Shown here: in pieces, positions 27,301-40,100 of the stretch
Layout of the letters: every line of letters starts with the position of its first letter
How positions within the stretch are numbered: the stretch's first letter is position 1
Source of the DNA: Laetmonice hystrix
Lineage: Eukaryota
Length of the DNA stretch: 64,000 nt
Direction: 5' to 3'
Assembly (NCBI GenBank): GCA_965235115.1
Contig: OZ249436.1
Span: 51,090,001-51,154,000, forward strand
Program-made: the position numbers and the translations under genes
The notes under the pieces: generated by a model
Databases searched by the model: none
What the model saw: the letters and a program-made list of their open reading frames with translations, nothing else
Told to the model about the DNA's origin: nothing

Positions 27301-30300
27301 CTTTAATATCCGTCCGCGCGGTGAACCCTGGGAGAGATTGCCAGAGGCCCTGACGGTACTGATTGTGGACTAATGTTTTCTAGGTTGGATCGGTCGAGGG
27401 CGATGTCAAGCAGAGTACGTCGGCCGTCGATGTCTGCTGTTGTTTTGGTCAGGTGAGTCGCTTTGTCATGCCCGTCATTGCTGATAAGACATTCCTGCAC
27501 ACGTGGGGGGGGGGGGGGTGAGGGGGGCTCCCTCCCTACAGTTTTAACAGCGAAGATTGAATCATGACAGGTGGACCGTACTTTTTCTGGTTAATTCTCA
27601 CCAGCTTGTTCTAGATAAAGCATGAAATAGAATCTGAGTGTCAGAGTGACTATCTTTTACTATAAGTGGTGGTTTTACTGCAACGATTCGTGTTCGAATC
27701 GTCTGCAGTGGTGCCATCTTGGCTACCTGAGAATTCCTTAATGAAAGCGGCAGTTGCGTAACTTCGCAATGCATTTGACTCAATTGTCTTCACGGCGAAA
27801 TGGCGTTGTCGCCGGCAGGTGTATTATTTTCAGGTTACCATTCACAGTGTATGCTATGCACTGATACCAGTAGAGAAGTCTGTATTAATGTTCTAACCCC
27901 TTTTTTACCTTTGAATATTTGGGCTGCAGGTGATCGAGTTTTGGCGCCGCCTGGAATGGCCGGACTTGCCCGGAGCGCTCCCCTACGTCACCAAGATTAC
28001 TGAGGTCAGTCATTTCGAGCTACTTCCGGTTGGGCTCTGGTTCCGCTCACCAAGGCGGTTCTTGGCATGGGCTGATCCAGGAATCTTTTTATGGGGGGGG
28101 GGGGGGCTAACCATGGGGCAAAATCATATTATTAAGCCTAGGTCTATGTCTAAAATATATGATAAATATTATCATATACCAAAACTTGAGTATACATTTT
28201 CTTTACATATTATGGAAATATTTCATCCACCAATATGTTCTATATTAATAGGATTTATGTGAAGGAGCCACGTACTATGCCGATTTGATCCACAAGAAGT
28301 TGAAAGAGGCCGGTTACTATGACGATGTCGGACAGTTTGACGTCACAGAACAACTGTGTATCACCATAAATGACATCGAACAGGTGAGGAAATGGATGTT
28401 TAGTAAGACGTCCTCCTCCCAGGAAAGGTCACAATACATTCCATATATTGTCATCTCTGAGAACAGATCGTTTATCGCATGCCTTCAAGCTATTTCGTGG
28501 GCGAGAGAACAAAGGACCATATTTAGTCTGATCATGAGGCATATATAACCGCAGGATAAGAGAAAATCGTTGAGGAATATGATAGCGATGTTTCTTTTTT
28601 GAGGCATCCTTCGGTGATACGAAACTTCTCGATGTTTTGAAGCGATGTTTACATTTTCGGACAGTATTGCTGCAAATAATTAAGGCCGGAAAATAATAGA
28701 AAGGAATCACTAAATGTTTACTTTTGTTGAGAGTTGGCCTGTCCTCCTTGCCCTTCCTGCTGCCCTGTGTGCTACTCCCCTTGGGGATCTAAGGGGGTTG
28801 GGGGGTTGGGGGGGGGGCAGTATCCTTAGCCCCACCCGTGGTTGTTCATCAGCGGCGCTCTGTAAGTTGGTCATCAAAAGCTTTGATATGTTCTCATTGC
28901 TGGTCAACCCTTGGTACACTCGGGTAGTGGCGGATCCAGGAGGGGCACCAAGCCCGCCCCCTATTTTCCAAACTATTGCCTATTTTCTGTTTTATGCTTA
29001 AAAATAATGGAATTTCGTTGAAAGATTTGGGAGAAATTGCTACTCTAAATGTTCAGAAAACATGTTTCCGACGTTCCTGACCCAAAAAAAATTCTGGGAG
29101 AGGGCCCCCAGACCCCCCGAAAATGGGCCACTGATTATCCAACAAAAGTTGCCCCTCCCCCTCCCTTCTGAAATGCTCGATCCGCCACTGGGTATAATAG
29201 GGTCCCATGCTTGATTCATTGCTGGTAAACACTCGGGCATAATAGGGTCCTATGCTTGAACAATGCATGGGGTATTTAGGTCAACACTAGACTAGAGGGA
29301 GATTCCCTTCCACACCCGGAAGTCACGTGATCACGCGTCATCATCGCCCGACCGCGGCCAACTCAAATATCCTGTGGGCCGCTCGCTAATTCTGAGCTAC
29401 GTATTTGCGAGAGATTTGGCATATTTTCCTTACTAAATACTGGTCGCTGGGCCATAACAGTCTCACATGATGTTACTGGGAGTCCAAGGTATGCGAATCA
29501 TATGTTTCTAAGACTGCCATAAATCGAAAAAAAATGAATTTTACGACTCCCTTTAAGGTCACACCCCTAGTCCCAAACCGTGTACATTATATTTATAGCC
29601 TGAGCATGGTTGCCATTATGCCGACAGGGTGTAACACCTCCAGTGTTTTCTCCGACTCGTCTAGGTGAGGCGGGCATTGAAGCCTATCCCAGACGCACTC
29701 AGGTTTGCCGACATCACCCATGCCATCGAGAAGGCGACGACTGAGCGGCGTGCCACGGAGGCCAAGATCACACTCTACAGCATCATTCGGTGTGCAGACG
29801 AGGATACGATACGCCGTATCAAACAAGTTGTCGACAGGGTGGCAGACAAGGTAAGGTCGTCCGTCATCACAACACCAACATCAACATCAACATCAACATC
29901 AAACCCAACACCTCGCTCCAACACCAACATCAACAATAACATCAAACCCAACACCTCGCTCCAACACCAACATCAACACTAACATCAACATCAAACCCAA
30001 CACCTCGCTCCAACATCAACACTAACATCAGCATCAAACCCAACACCTCGCTCCAACACCAACATCAACATCAAACCCAACACCTCGCTCCAACACCAAC
30101 ATCAACAATAACATCAAACCCAACACCTCGCTCCAACATCAACATCAAACCCAACACCAACATCCACACCAATATCAACATCAAACCTAACACCTCGCTC
30201 CAACATCAACATCAAACCCAACATCCACACCAACACCAATATCAACATCAAACCTAACACCTCGCTCCAACAACATCAACATCAAACCCAACACCTCGCT

Positions 30301-33300
30301 CCAACATCAACATGAAACCCAACACCTCGCTCCAACATCAACATCAAACTCAACACGTCGCTCCAACACCAACACCACCATCGACATCAACACCTCGCTC
30401 CAACACCAACATCAACGCCAACACCAACATCAAACGCAACACCTCGCTCCAACACCAACGTCAATACCAACATCAATACCATCATCAACATCAACACCAA
30501 CACCTCGCTCCAACACAAACACCAACACCTGTATCCAACATCCCACCTGTCGCCGATATTGGGTTGTCATATTATGTTAAAGTGTTTGAGGTCCGTGAGG
30601 GGTGTGATGATATTAGAGGTCCGTGTGAGGTGTGATGTTATGATATTAGAGGTCCGTGTGAGGTGTGATGTTATGATATAATCATATTAGAGGTCCGTGT
30701 GGGGTGTGATGTTATGATATTAGAGGTCGGTGTGGGTTGTGATGTTATGATATTAGAGGTCGGTGTGGGTTGTGTTGTTATGATATTAGAGGTCCGTGTG
30801 GGTTGTGATGTTATGATATAAGAGGTCGGTGTGGGTTGTGATGTTATGATATTAGAGGTCGGTGTGGGTTGTGTTGTTATGATATTAGAGGCCCGTGTGG
30901 GGTTTGATGTTATGATATTAGAGGTCGGTGTGGGTTGTGATGTTATGATATTAGAGGTCGGTGTGGATTGTGATGTTATGATATAAGAGGTCTGTGTGGG
31001 GTTTGATGTTATGATATTAGAGGTCGGTGTGGGTTGTGATGTTATGATATTAGAGGCCCGTGTGGGGTTTGATGTTATGATATTAGAGGTTGGTGTGGGT
31101 TGTGATGTTATGATATTAGAGGTCGGTGTGGGGTGTGATGTTATTATATTAGAGGTCCGTGTGGGGTTTGATGTTATGATATTAGAGGTCGGTGTGGATT
31201 GTGATGTTATGATATTAGAGGTCCGTGTGGGGTTTGATGTTATGATATTAGAGGTCCGTGTGGGTTGTGATGTTATGATATTAGAGGTCGGTGTGGGTTG
31301 TGATGTTATGATATTAGAGGTCGGTGTGGGGTTTGATGTTATGATATTAGAGGTCGGTGTGGATTGTGATGTTATGATATTAGAGGTCCATGAGGGTTGG
31401 TATGCCATGATGTTATGAGAGGTTCTGATGTGATGCTACAGATGCGGCCGGACATCAAGAAGGACATCTTCCACCTTTGCTGGGCCCCGGAATCGGTACC
31501 GGCTGAGGACGTACGTGATCCATTGGTTTAAGCTTTAATGCTCCAGCCCTGACTCTGGGTTAAAATTAGCTGTTGCTTATAACGTTAGATTAAGTCTTAA
31601 TAGAATAGTAACATTATTAAAGTTTAAGTATAATGCAGGTGTTTTGACGTATATCCCCTCTGCTGCGTCTCGGGCATACTATCGAGTCATAAAACCTTCT
31701 TTACCACACACCGTCATGCAATATCTACGAAACGCCAATAAATCAACCGTTGCCTTTCCATCCATAAATCCGTTGATTTTTATCCCTTGTCGTAGGCCAT
31801 CTGTGACTTGATGAACTACCTGGACAGCAACCTGGTTACTCTAAATAATAACCTGCTTCGAACCAACTTCGACCGCATCCTACACAGTATCTGGGTGGAG
31901 GTGATGGAGGAAATGTCGATGGTTCTGAGGTCAGAGGAAGCGGTAAGAAAAATACCATTCATTTCTTTTAATCATTCACAGAACAGATAGCGTAAGGTGT
32001 CGCATTAAAAGATGTGCATAATTATTGCTTCTTAAATTTGATATCATTGAATAATACGATGGAAACCCTGAACTTTTTAATGTAAAACTTATCTGGCAGC
32101 ATTATCATGTTAAACGTGGCTGCGACAACATGCACTTCCTCGTCTTATTAACATTTCCTATTTCAGAAAACAATTATTTTCTACGAACGGCTGTACAATG
32201 CCCTAGAGATTCTAGTCGACTTTTTCCATGCGAACACGAAGGGCCTGCCTATGGGGATGATACGCTCAAATCAGTACGAGGTAGGATTCTAACTGATAAC
32301 ACTGGCATAATAATTTTATAAACTGATTTAGCTGCAAGTAGCGATATAATGTGAGGCCTCACTGGTTTGCAGGGCAGAGTAATGTAACAGAAGAAGTATA
32401 TATTTACATGTTTGATTATCTACTTGTATCAGTTAAACCTGTGGCTGGTTCTTTTATACAATTATTCCTCCAATTTTGCATAACGGTTTCACAGCTTATC
32501 TCAGCTTATCTGTTAAATTGTGAATTGGAAAACTAGAATACGGTTATGGTTTTGGATAAGAAAAACTGGTCTGAATATAAGGTGTGGGCCGTGGCGGGTT
32601 TCCTGTAGTCCCCAGGGGGAAGATCTAATAAGAAAATCTGTTTAGAAAAGTTAATATGAAATGGCAGTGCAGTGTGGGGAGGAGGCGGCGCGAGTGAGGA
32701 GAAGTAACATGAGTATAGAAAAGCTCTGTGTGTATGATGATTACAGGAGCTGTACACGCAGCTGTCGATGAACAAGTCAGGGACCAAGGAGTTGATGGAG
32801 GCGTACTACATTGAGAAAATGGATGAACAGGACCGATACGCGCGCCAGGACTTCGGGGTACTTAGTGTGCGAGTCTACTACAACAGGGAGGCCGAGATAC
32901 TGTCAGTGGAAGGTAGCCGCAGCACAGCTTCCTAATCCCCCTACTTCTCTTACTCTCTTTCTTCTCCTCCTTCCATCTCCTCCCCCTCCTCCTCCTCCTC
33001 CTCCTCCTCCGTGTCCTGTACGACATGCACCAGACGTTGCAAACAGCAACTATCCCCACGTCTTCTCGTGAAAAAGGCTATTTACTTATTCATTTTATAT
33101 ATCGAAATGTAACCATATTTCCTGTTAACAAAAACTTCAGCTTGGTGGATCGACTTGTAGAATTGAAAATCTAATGATGGGACATGAAATCATGAATTAA
33201 CCCTTAGAGAAATCATACTGCACGCAGTGGACGGTTTTACATAGCGGATCACGGGATGATGTAAAAACTGCCGACACATTGTAAAATATAAATCGATACA

Positions 33301-35403
33301 AGATTCCGTGTTTGAGCGTTGAGAATTAACAACTTGATACTATGGTTTGTATTTCAGTACTGAACAGTCGTAACCTGATACCACTGGATCCAAACGGTAC
33401 GTCTACGTCCGTCATCGTTTTAATAACGTATTAAATATTAAAACTGAGCCGCCTGTAATAGTGTACCTTTATGTAACATTATCCAGTGGGTGTCATCTGA
33501 CCACCTATTGTTAGCAAGGATTGCCGGCTGTAAACCCAACCAAGTGATATATGAGTGTACCAGTTTATCTCAATACGTGTCTCAATAATCAGCTTAGGAC
33601 CGGTACAGAATGTCGTCAACAGCTTGTATATAGAAACGGTCTCTGCTGAAGGATAATTAGGGGCCATTAACTCATTTCTATATGGAAACAGAACAACCCT
33701 AGTTAACAAATCTAATGGTATCGTATTCAATTAATTAATTAGTATATCCATTAAATTCATTAATGGATATAATAATTATTCCTTACATCCATTTAAAGTG
33801 ACGACTACTGACTGTTGCAGGTCTGAGCGATCCGTTTGTCCTGATCGAACTCTGCCCTCGCCACGTGTTCCCAGGGTCCACCGTTCAGCAGACAAAGATC
33901 GTCAAGAATACGCTCAATCCAGTGTTCGACGCCTCATTTGAATTGTAAGTTGTCCAATAAATTAGTTTGTTTCGACAGATCAATAGAGTCTTTCTATCTA
34001 TACTTGCGAGACTAAATGACAGTTGCAAGATATAGAAAAAAGTACTTGCTATCTCGGCATCTCAATGAATTGATATAAATATTGTTTGAACTGGAAACGG
34101 CACACATGAGTGAAGATGATGCGCACGCTACTGTCACCTGTCTCACTAAATGTATTCTGAAATATCAAGTATTAAATAGAATATAAGAAACAATATATAG
34201 GACTACATTCAATGATGTTATATATATATATATATATTATCAATTAGTGGGCAGAATCGTTTTTGTTCACACCATAACCGATACGAACGCCGATACGGAC
34301 GCTCTTGTTTATAATAGAGTATTTCATACCATTACTCGGCCACCGATGTAGGTGTCGGCAATCGTTCACAACTGCTCCCTGTGAAACCAATGTAAATATC
34401 GGCGCCAGCATCCGTCTTGGTGTGAACGCTGAGTGGTGTTTTGTTGTTACACAGCACGGTGACAGTGGAGCAGTGCCTGGCTGATGGGGCGTGCATCCTG
34501 TTCACCGTCATGGACCACGACTTCATGCTGACCAATGACTTCGCCGGGGAGGCTTTCCTCTCCCTCAACACCATCCCTGGCATCGCTGGCGAGGACATCT
34601 CCGGCTTCACGGCGCTAACACCACTGGCCATGACATTGACACAGCCCAGGCGGAGTGGGGGTAAGTGTAACACTCACACAACTCGGGTGGAGTCGGGGTA
34701 AGTGTAACACTCACACAACTCGGGCGGAGTGGGGGTAACACTCATACAACTCGGGTGGAGTGGGGGTAAGTGTAACACTCACACAACTCGGGTGGAGTGG
34801 GGGTAAGTGTAACACTCACACAACTCGGGCGGAGTGGGGGTAAGTGTAACACTCACACAACTCGGGCGGAGTGGGGGTAAGTGTAACACTCATACAACTC
34901 GGGTGGAGTGGGGGTAAGTGTAACACTCACACAACTCGGGTGGAGTGGGGGTAAGTGTAACACTCACACACCGCGGGTGGAGTGGGGGTAAGTGTAACAC
35001 TCACACAACTCGGGCGGAGTGGGGGTAAGTGTAACACTCACACACCTCGGGTGGAGTCAGGGTAAGTGTAACACTCACACAGCTCGGGTGGAGTAGGGGT
35101 AAGTGTAACACTCACACACCTCGGGGAAAAGTGTTAGACTCACGGGTATGTTGCGGGGTACGTAAAAGATTAATGCGCATGTTTTGGTTTTGAATATTTT
35201 ATAGCGGTCTGTAAATATGACGAGGGAGTAGCTAGTCATAAAACAAGATTTAGGCCTATTTACTAATTACATGCCTTTTTTCAGAAGTGAACACGCGTGC
35301 TAAATGTGCCTTGACAGCACTTGCACTGCGCGACTGGGATAAAGAGGCGGTTGATTTTGTCAAGAAGAGGCGCAACATTATACAACTCTCTCAACATATA
35401 TAG
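3304..35403 (+). CDS. BAIAP3: BAI1-associated protein 3 / Munc13-4 (unc-13-4)-family protein, C2A-MUN-C2B; 5'-partial, 26 exons in window (~1038 aa)
   Basis: Exons read by hand, all AG/GT-flanked and phase-compatible: 3304-3370, 7947-8199, 8594-8638, 8850-9015, 9175-9378, 11184-11287, 11956-12073, 17361-17485, 17711-17801, 18123-18179, 18557-18654, 18884-18935, 19121-19287, 20397-20520, 27384-27452, 27930-28004, 28252-28383, 29665-29850, 31442-31510, 31796-31942, 32167-32280, 32747-32912, 33358-33396, 33821-33944, 34455-34660, 35285-35403 (sum 3117 nt, ends TAG). C2[22 protein letters not shown]...[10 protein letters not shown]...LDIWDHDDE...[53 protein letters not shown]2[16 protein letters not shown]...[21 protein letters not shown]3 versus UNC13D is a family-level judgement. 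Confidence 0.93.
3668..4516. repeat. 54-bp minisatellite, ~15 copies
   Basis: Unit gtgaattggaggtgttacgccctgtgggtcagcttacggttatacaatgaatgg, with 18-aa periodicity in spurious ORFs. Confidence 0.95.
12608..13135. mobile_element. Non-autonomous DNA transposon with TTAA TSD (Kolobok-like)
   Basis: ttaa|AGGGGCATATTATGA ... TCATAGCATGCCCCG|ttaa imperfect TIRs. Confidence 0.65.
15038..16375. repeat. 28-bp GC-rich minisatellite, ~47 copies
   Basis: Unit gggacggtctgcccccgtctgttgtcaa with variant unit ...ccctccgtctattgtcat. Confidence 0.97.
19689..20308. mobile_element. PIF/Harbinger-like MITE, TAA TSD
   Basis: taa|AGCCCCAGTCACA...TGTGACTGGGCCT|taa. Empty site gacttcTAAgctgtc in the paralogous copy at ~41470-41485. 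Confidence 0.88.
20609..22174 (-). CDS. UDP-glycosyltransferase (GT1/UGT), copy 1, intronless, nested antisense in BAIAP3 intron
   Basis: 521-aa ORF with Kozak GCCACCATGG, N-terminal signal peptide, UGT signature [45 protein letters not shown]-terminal TM helix and KxKxx ER-retrieval motif (KVKAA). Confidence 0.96.
   Translation of the reverse strand: MALRHGILILAVITIAVSVKRTQASRILLMPYPHHSYVSSHLNHGKALADDGHKVWMMTIEKFGHLLKVDWLKPLVFPINEEQAHFGPTYSSLMKKTPSGEGVGSKIYSLTVQRIAAKYCEEMMDNAELMSTISELHFELAVVDALSVFNCIYMVPYKYDIPFISMFSFQTVPWVVGVTGLPSVEPEIKTAFTNKMNFWQRLENLRAWMKTVYSELSYLHSHRLMTKYIPPSKPLISFDEIMGRSEMFLLNVEIFCLDYPRVSAPNYQFIGGSIPQPHAELPTDIDHFVQRAEHGIIVMTLGTHEGYQQMWQIVRGKLFSAFQRLPQRVIVQYRFSDPTPPPKNVLLLDWVPQNDLLGHLKTRLFITHGGNNGANEAVFHGVPMLVIPIANDQIYSGIRVETHGYGKWVKDKTTVTADELFEMMTEIMNNGSYAENIKKCSAITRSMPSAQEKFVFWVNHVLQFGGAHLRPVDIPLYQVLMLDIIGFLLAVALAVVLACLCLLYFMYRLFLSGKSEKVKAA
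22885..24018. mobile_element. Non-autonomous DNA transposon, 6-bp TSD GTTTTT, TAC...GTA termini (IS3EU-like), with inverted subterminal 21-bp arrays
   Basis: TIR TACGGTGGCCCAGAAGTACAAATT at both ends. Empty site gagttGTTTTTcata at ~51936-51950. Superfamily inferred only from TSD length and termini. Confidence 0.88.
24940..26151. mobile_element. Kolobok-like non-autonomous element, TTAA TSD
   Basis: ttaa|AGGTAATATGTCACG ... CGTGACATATTTCCT|ttaa. A shorter family member is at 39562-40100. Confidence 0.85.
26401..26683. mobile_element. Short TTAA-flanked MITE
   Basis: ttaa|AGGCCCACTGTA ... TACCGTGGGCCT|ttaa. Confidence 0.65.
28925..29190. mobile_element. MITE with AGTGGCGGATC...GATCCGCCACT terminal inverted repeats
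   Basis: TIRs visible. TSD not clearly resolved. Confidence 0.55.
29868..30545 (+). repeat. AC-rich irregular tandem array (aacatcaaacccaacacctcgctcc-like) in intron
   Basis: Starts ~17 nt after the donor at 29851. Confidence 0.93.
30585..31420 (+). repeat. GT-rich 33-bp minisatellite (gatgttatgatattagaggtcggtgtgggttgt), ~24 copies
   Basis: 11-aa periodicity in spurious ORFs. Ends ~20 nt before the acceptor at 31441. Confidence 0.95.
34649..35125 (+). repeat. 37-bp minisatellite spanning an exon-intron junction, ~13 copies
   Basis: Unit gggyggagtgggg|gtaagtgtaacactcacacaactc. The first copy contains the real donor at 34661. Confidence 0.95.
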
Positions 35404-35490
35404 GCCTAAGCACGCATCGTAGTCTAGGCCTACAACGCATGGTGTAAGATGGCCGAGACAAGAGTGTCGATCTCGCTGTTGGGAGTAAAC

Positions 35491-35700
35491 AAGCCTCGAT
35501 CTGGAGATTTACCAAGCCTCAATCTGGAGAATTACCCAGCCTCAGTCTGGAGAATTGCCGAGCCTCAATCTGGAGAATTGCCGAGCCTCAATCTGGAGAA
35601 TTACCCAGCCTCAGTCTGGAGAATTGCCGAGCCTCAATCTGGAAAATTACCGAGCCTCAATCTGGAGAATTACTGAGCCTCGATCTGGGAATCGACCGAG
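35491..35700 (+). repeat. 23-bp tandem repeat in proximal BAIAP3 3' UTR, ~9 copies
   Basis: Unit agcctcaatctggagaattgccg/accc. Confidence 0.9.
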
Positions 35701-38700
35701 CATGAGCAGGCAGTCAGTCTCGGTGCGGTATTTAAGCTGTTCACTGTGTAGAACAAAATCCAGACCGAAGTAGGCTACAGTAAGGTGTCTACTAGTCAGC
35801 GGCGGCCTCATTTTCTACTGTATCCCAAAGTATTTTCAATTATGTTCAACTATCTATGATCTATATTCATATTGAAATGTATTTATGTATTTTAGATTTG
35901 AATTTTTTCAGCAGAGATTGTAAACTATCGTCTAGCAACAGGCTAATTATGTCTTACCAACTTGAAATCAATTATTATAGCATTGTCACTCAACGGGTAA
36001 TCAAAGCATTGCATCGGACGCTTCAGCAGCGTTGATTGCGTGATTCGGTGCGCATTGTTGAATTTTCCCTACATTCCGATTACCTATACCAGTACCCGTA
36101 TGACTGACATTGTGGAGAGCAGTCGTGTGAACCCAAGTCTTTTTAATTTTCATGTTGTTACCATGTTTTATATGTGAACACATGTCGCTGATCATATAGC
36201 TGCACGACAATATATTGCACAACTTGAATAGACGTCATTCGTCAAGCTGGCATGTTTTTTTCTATGTATGATGATGTTGAATTGTTATGTACAGAATTAG
36301 GTGAGAGATAATAGGGTGGTATGTTGTAATCACACGAGATAATCGTAATCGAGATAATCTTAATCGAGATCATCTTAATCGAGATAATCTTAATGGGAGA
36401 GTGACGTGTTGTTCCTCATGACGGTACGTATAGAAATGGAAGGTTCCAGACGTAACCTGTGCAGTGACGCTTAGCCGTCCCTCTATGAAGCTTACAAGTA
36501 TGTGCACACATGGGAATCTTCTGCCAATGGTACATTTCTCACTTTGTCATTGTCATTTCGGTCATTAATTTGGAGGATACAAATCCATTGAGAGCATAGT
36601 GAGAGGGGTGTAAATCTGCTGACTGTGTTTACTATAGCCTAGGCGATTGGTTCAAACCAACTAACTTTACCGCCTAATTGTTTCGACGCTATTCCGCTAG
36701 GAGGCACTGCTATCGAGATAAGGGGGGAAGGGTCGTGGGACTTCAGGCGCCAAAGGTTATCTTACGCATACGCAGAAGTCCATTGGACTTGCACATTGAA
36801 GTTCTGCCAAACAGAGCTATGTAAAGGTCGCAATTTAAATATCAGTGGTGTACGCCTATTCTGCTATTGTCTCGGTAACATTGGTTTGTCATCTATAGAT
36901 CAATATTTTAGTGGAATCCAACGATATTCCTTGTTTTTATCGCGTGTGATGCTAATGCCTGAATACGCATCGATACAAGGTGTTTTAAGTACGTTTGAAC
37001 ATATCACTTTGCCCGTACAAAATGCAAGGGATTGAATTCAGTAGATAATTGTATACACATAGTAAAAATAATTTTGCATATAACTGTATATTTTTCTTCT
37101 GTTGTGAAATAAGTACATACACACGCATACATGCACATACACGTCCCACATACAAATATACGTACAATAGTATCGTACATTATATCAAAATTCTGGTTAC
37201 AGTCGTATTTTTATTCGGGACAATGGTTCTTGTTAGCTTGCATCGGTAAATGACTCCTTTTATCTTTCTATGGAGAATAATATGTATCCTTCTTTTACCT
37301 CATTGCCCATTACCGGGAAAAAATACATTTCTGCCTATAAACCGGCGCTGAGTGTCACCTTTTTACTTCATGTCGTAGGCAAACGTGGTAGTTTCTCATA
37401 GCAAAGGAAATGATAGTGCACTGTTTTTGGTTTACTTATTGAACAGCAGTGGACTGATGGCAGTCAGCGTCAGTTTAACGGCAGAATTTTCTTTTTCGTG
37501 GCTTTTATCCTTTTAGGAAAGAAAATTGGCATTGGCTCCTTAAAATTGTTGTTTTATCTTATTAAGGTTAGTGCTTCTGATGGGCGGACCAAACCAAACT
37601 AGCCAATCTGAAGCGCCAAGCGCAAGTTTGAGCAAGAGCTTCAATTATGAAAAACCAGGCCCAGACGGAGCGTGAGCTAAGGTCGGCTGTATTGTCCTGC
37701 TGATGTGGTTCTACTCACGTTATCTGGATCACTGTCTTGTGCATATATTCAGATGTTGAGGTTAAAATTGTTTCACTATGAATAGCTACTTACTTAAATA
37801 ACATACTGTTCAGCTGAGCATAATCTGCTTATAGGTGTACCTCAGGATCAACAGCCCATACAAAGGCCGGTAGTCTAGGATATTCGGTAGTGTCACCAAG
37901 GGAGCCAACTCTATGGCATACAGGGAGTCGAGGGGCTACAAGCCCCTATGGAGAGGACTTAATTCACGGTTGGGGGGCATTTAGCCTTAATTTGAAAAGT
38001 TTTATTTACACACACAGACACACACCCACACACCTCTACAGACACGGTCAATATACATGCATTTATACATACCTATTTTCGTCTTGATATTCTGTAGAGT
38101 ACTTGATAACTTATGTGAAATCCATGTTTCCATTGTCCTACTTCATTGGCCCGCCGTATTCAATGTTGAATATTTGCACACATTTACATGATGGATATAT
38201 TTATAGCACTCTATCTACTGACTGTTTTTTGAATCTTTGTAAAGGCAATCTGTATACAGTATGCAGATGAAGTTTATCTTGAATAACAAATGGTTGTTAT
38301 TTACAACGAAATTCGAATATCAACACAAGATTTCAGTAAACAGTCGACGGTATCATTTACGGCATCAGTGACGTGCAGTCTGAGTGCCAGAGACGTGCAG
38401 TATGAGTGCCAGTGACGTGCAGTCTGAGTATCAATTGGCCCCAAAGACAGCGCCTGTTGCTCTGGCAATACGATCTTCCGAGTGATGGCGGGGTTTGGTG
38501 TGAAGTATGACATTTTGTCGTTCATATATGCACTGCTGTCAGCCGCCGCACCACATAAAAAGTGACATTCGTGTTCCTGTGTCTTGGTGGTCCGTACACG
38601 ATCACAGAGTCTACATTGATTGGTTATTAATAAGACAGCACGTGCTTGTATACAGCCAGTGTTATGGTATACACATACTACATGCACCAAACGTACATGC

Positions 38701-39561
38701 ATACATAATACGTACAAACACCAATCGACATACATTCATACCTACATACAAAACGCTACACTAAACCCGTGCGTGCTTGTTGGCACATGGCTACTGACAA
38801 ATCTCGTAATCCTATTTTGATATACACATATATTTATTATTCTTCAATAAATTTGTAATCCTGCTTTTTAGTTCCCTTTGTCCTTTTTGATATTGCACTC
38901 AGTCGATTGACTGAATAGTTCAAAAATGGATGGACACAATGTATTCGACCATTCAATCATGCAGGTCAATATGCATGACCTTTAGTTATCGTGGAAGAAT
39001 GACAATGGTCTTGTCTCATTCCCAAACGCTTTCCCCATCCATCTGTTCGTCGACCCAGTTTATTCAAAACTGATCCAGACTATTCCAAATATATGTCCCA
39101 TTACTTCGTCTGAACAAGGTAAGAACACAACAGAATACGGCATGTTTCTCGGATAGCCAAAGACATCACTTGTACTTTTATTGTGCTTTACTCACGGCCA
39201 GTAAATCCTCGCCTGTAGTAGTCAGGCTATCAGACACTCAGCCCAGGAACTCCTAAACCCTCTACCTTAAAATCTGTTAATCTAGCACACCCGTATGGCG
39301 TCGCTAACATTTCTATCATTAAAGTATAATGCACCCTTAGCGGCCTGGCCTAAATCTTGTGGCAATGTTACGAGGTAAAGCAGTGCATGTGCTAAAAGTG
39401 AATGCCATGAGATTTCAAAGTGTCATGAAATATCCACTAATTTCATTATCAAGGTGTGAATCTGTGGGAGTTAACTTAAAGATGTCCCTGTAGAACACTG
39501 TAGCTTCTATAGATTCACAGTTGTGAAGATCCAGTCTGCCCATTTGAGGCTGATATATTAA

Positions 39562-40100
39562 AGGTAATATGTCACGAATTTCAAATAATACGTCGTGTTT
39601 CAGCAAAAATATGTTTGCATTGCGGTTTTCCGATAGTATGCCCCAAAGGTCCCCTACCTGTAAGTGTTTATGTAGCTTTGGCCGGTATTTTGTAAAAGAA
39701 AATCGCCAATTCTTAATGCGGTCACTGAAAATGACACACTTAGATTCCGAGACCCCAGGATTTGCAGCCGGCTGTGTTTTGCACCCTTTTCACACGATCG
39801 GCGGATGGGCCATTATATAGTCCCGTGTTTACATCTCGAGTAATCATCACGTGATCATGGGACCCGTTCAAACGATTCGCGGCAGCCAAAGGGGGCACAA
39901 ATGGCGGATTCATCGCACTTTGCGGAATCTGCAGCTATAGTTTTATTCATTTTTCTGCATTAGGAAGAATTGACAGCTGTCTACTCGTAGTATGTGTTAA
40001 CAGAATCAATATGAAAAACAATCAGTGCCATAAAGTACGTCAGTGGTGAGCAGGTCAGAAGCTGAAGATTTCGGTCGATACCCCCCGTGACATATATCCT
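39562..40100. mobile_element. Internally deleted Kolobok-like element (same family as 24940-26151)
   Basis: Same TIRs and TTAA TSD. Lacks ~25200-25860, joined at a tatagtcc microhomology. Confidence 0.85.

Noticed and set aside
30671..31418. Mucin-like Thr/Ser/Pro ORF (245 aa, minus) and Val-rich ORF (plus)
   Set aside because: Translations of the 33-bp intronic minisatellite.
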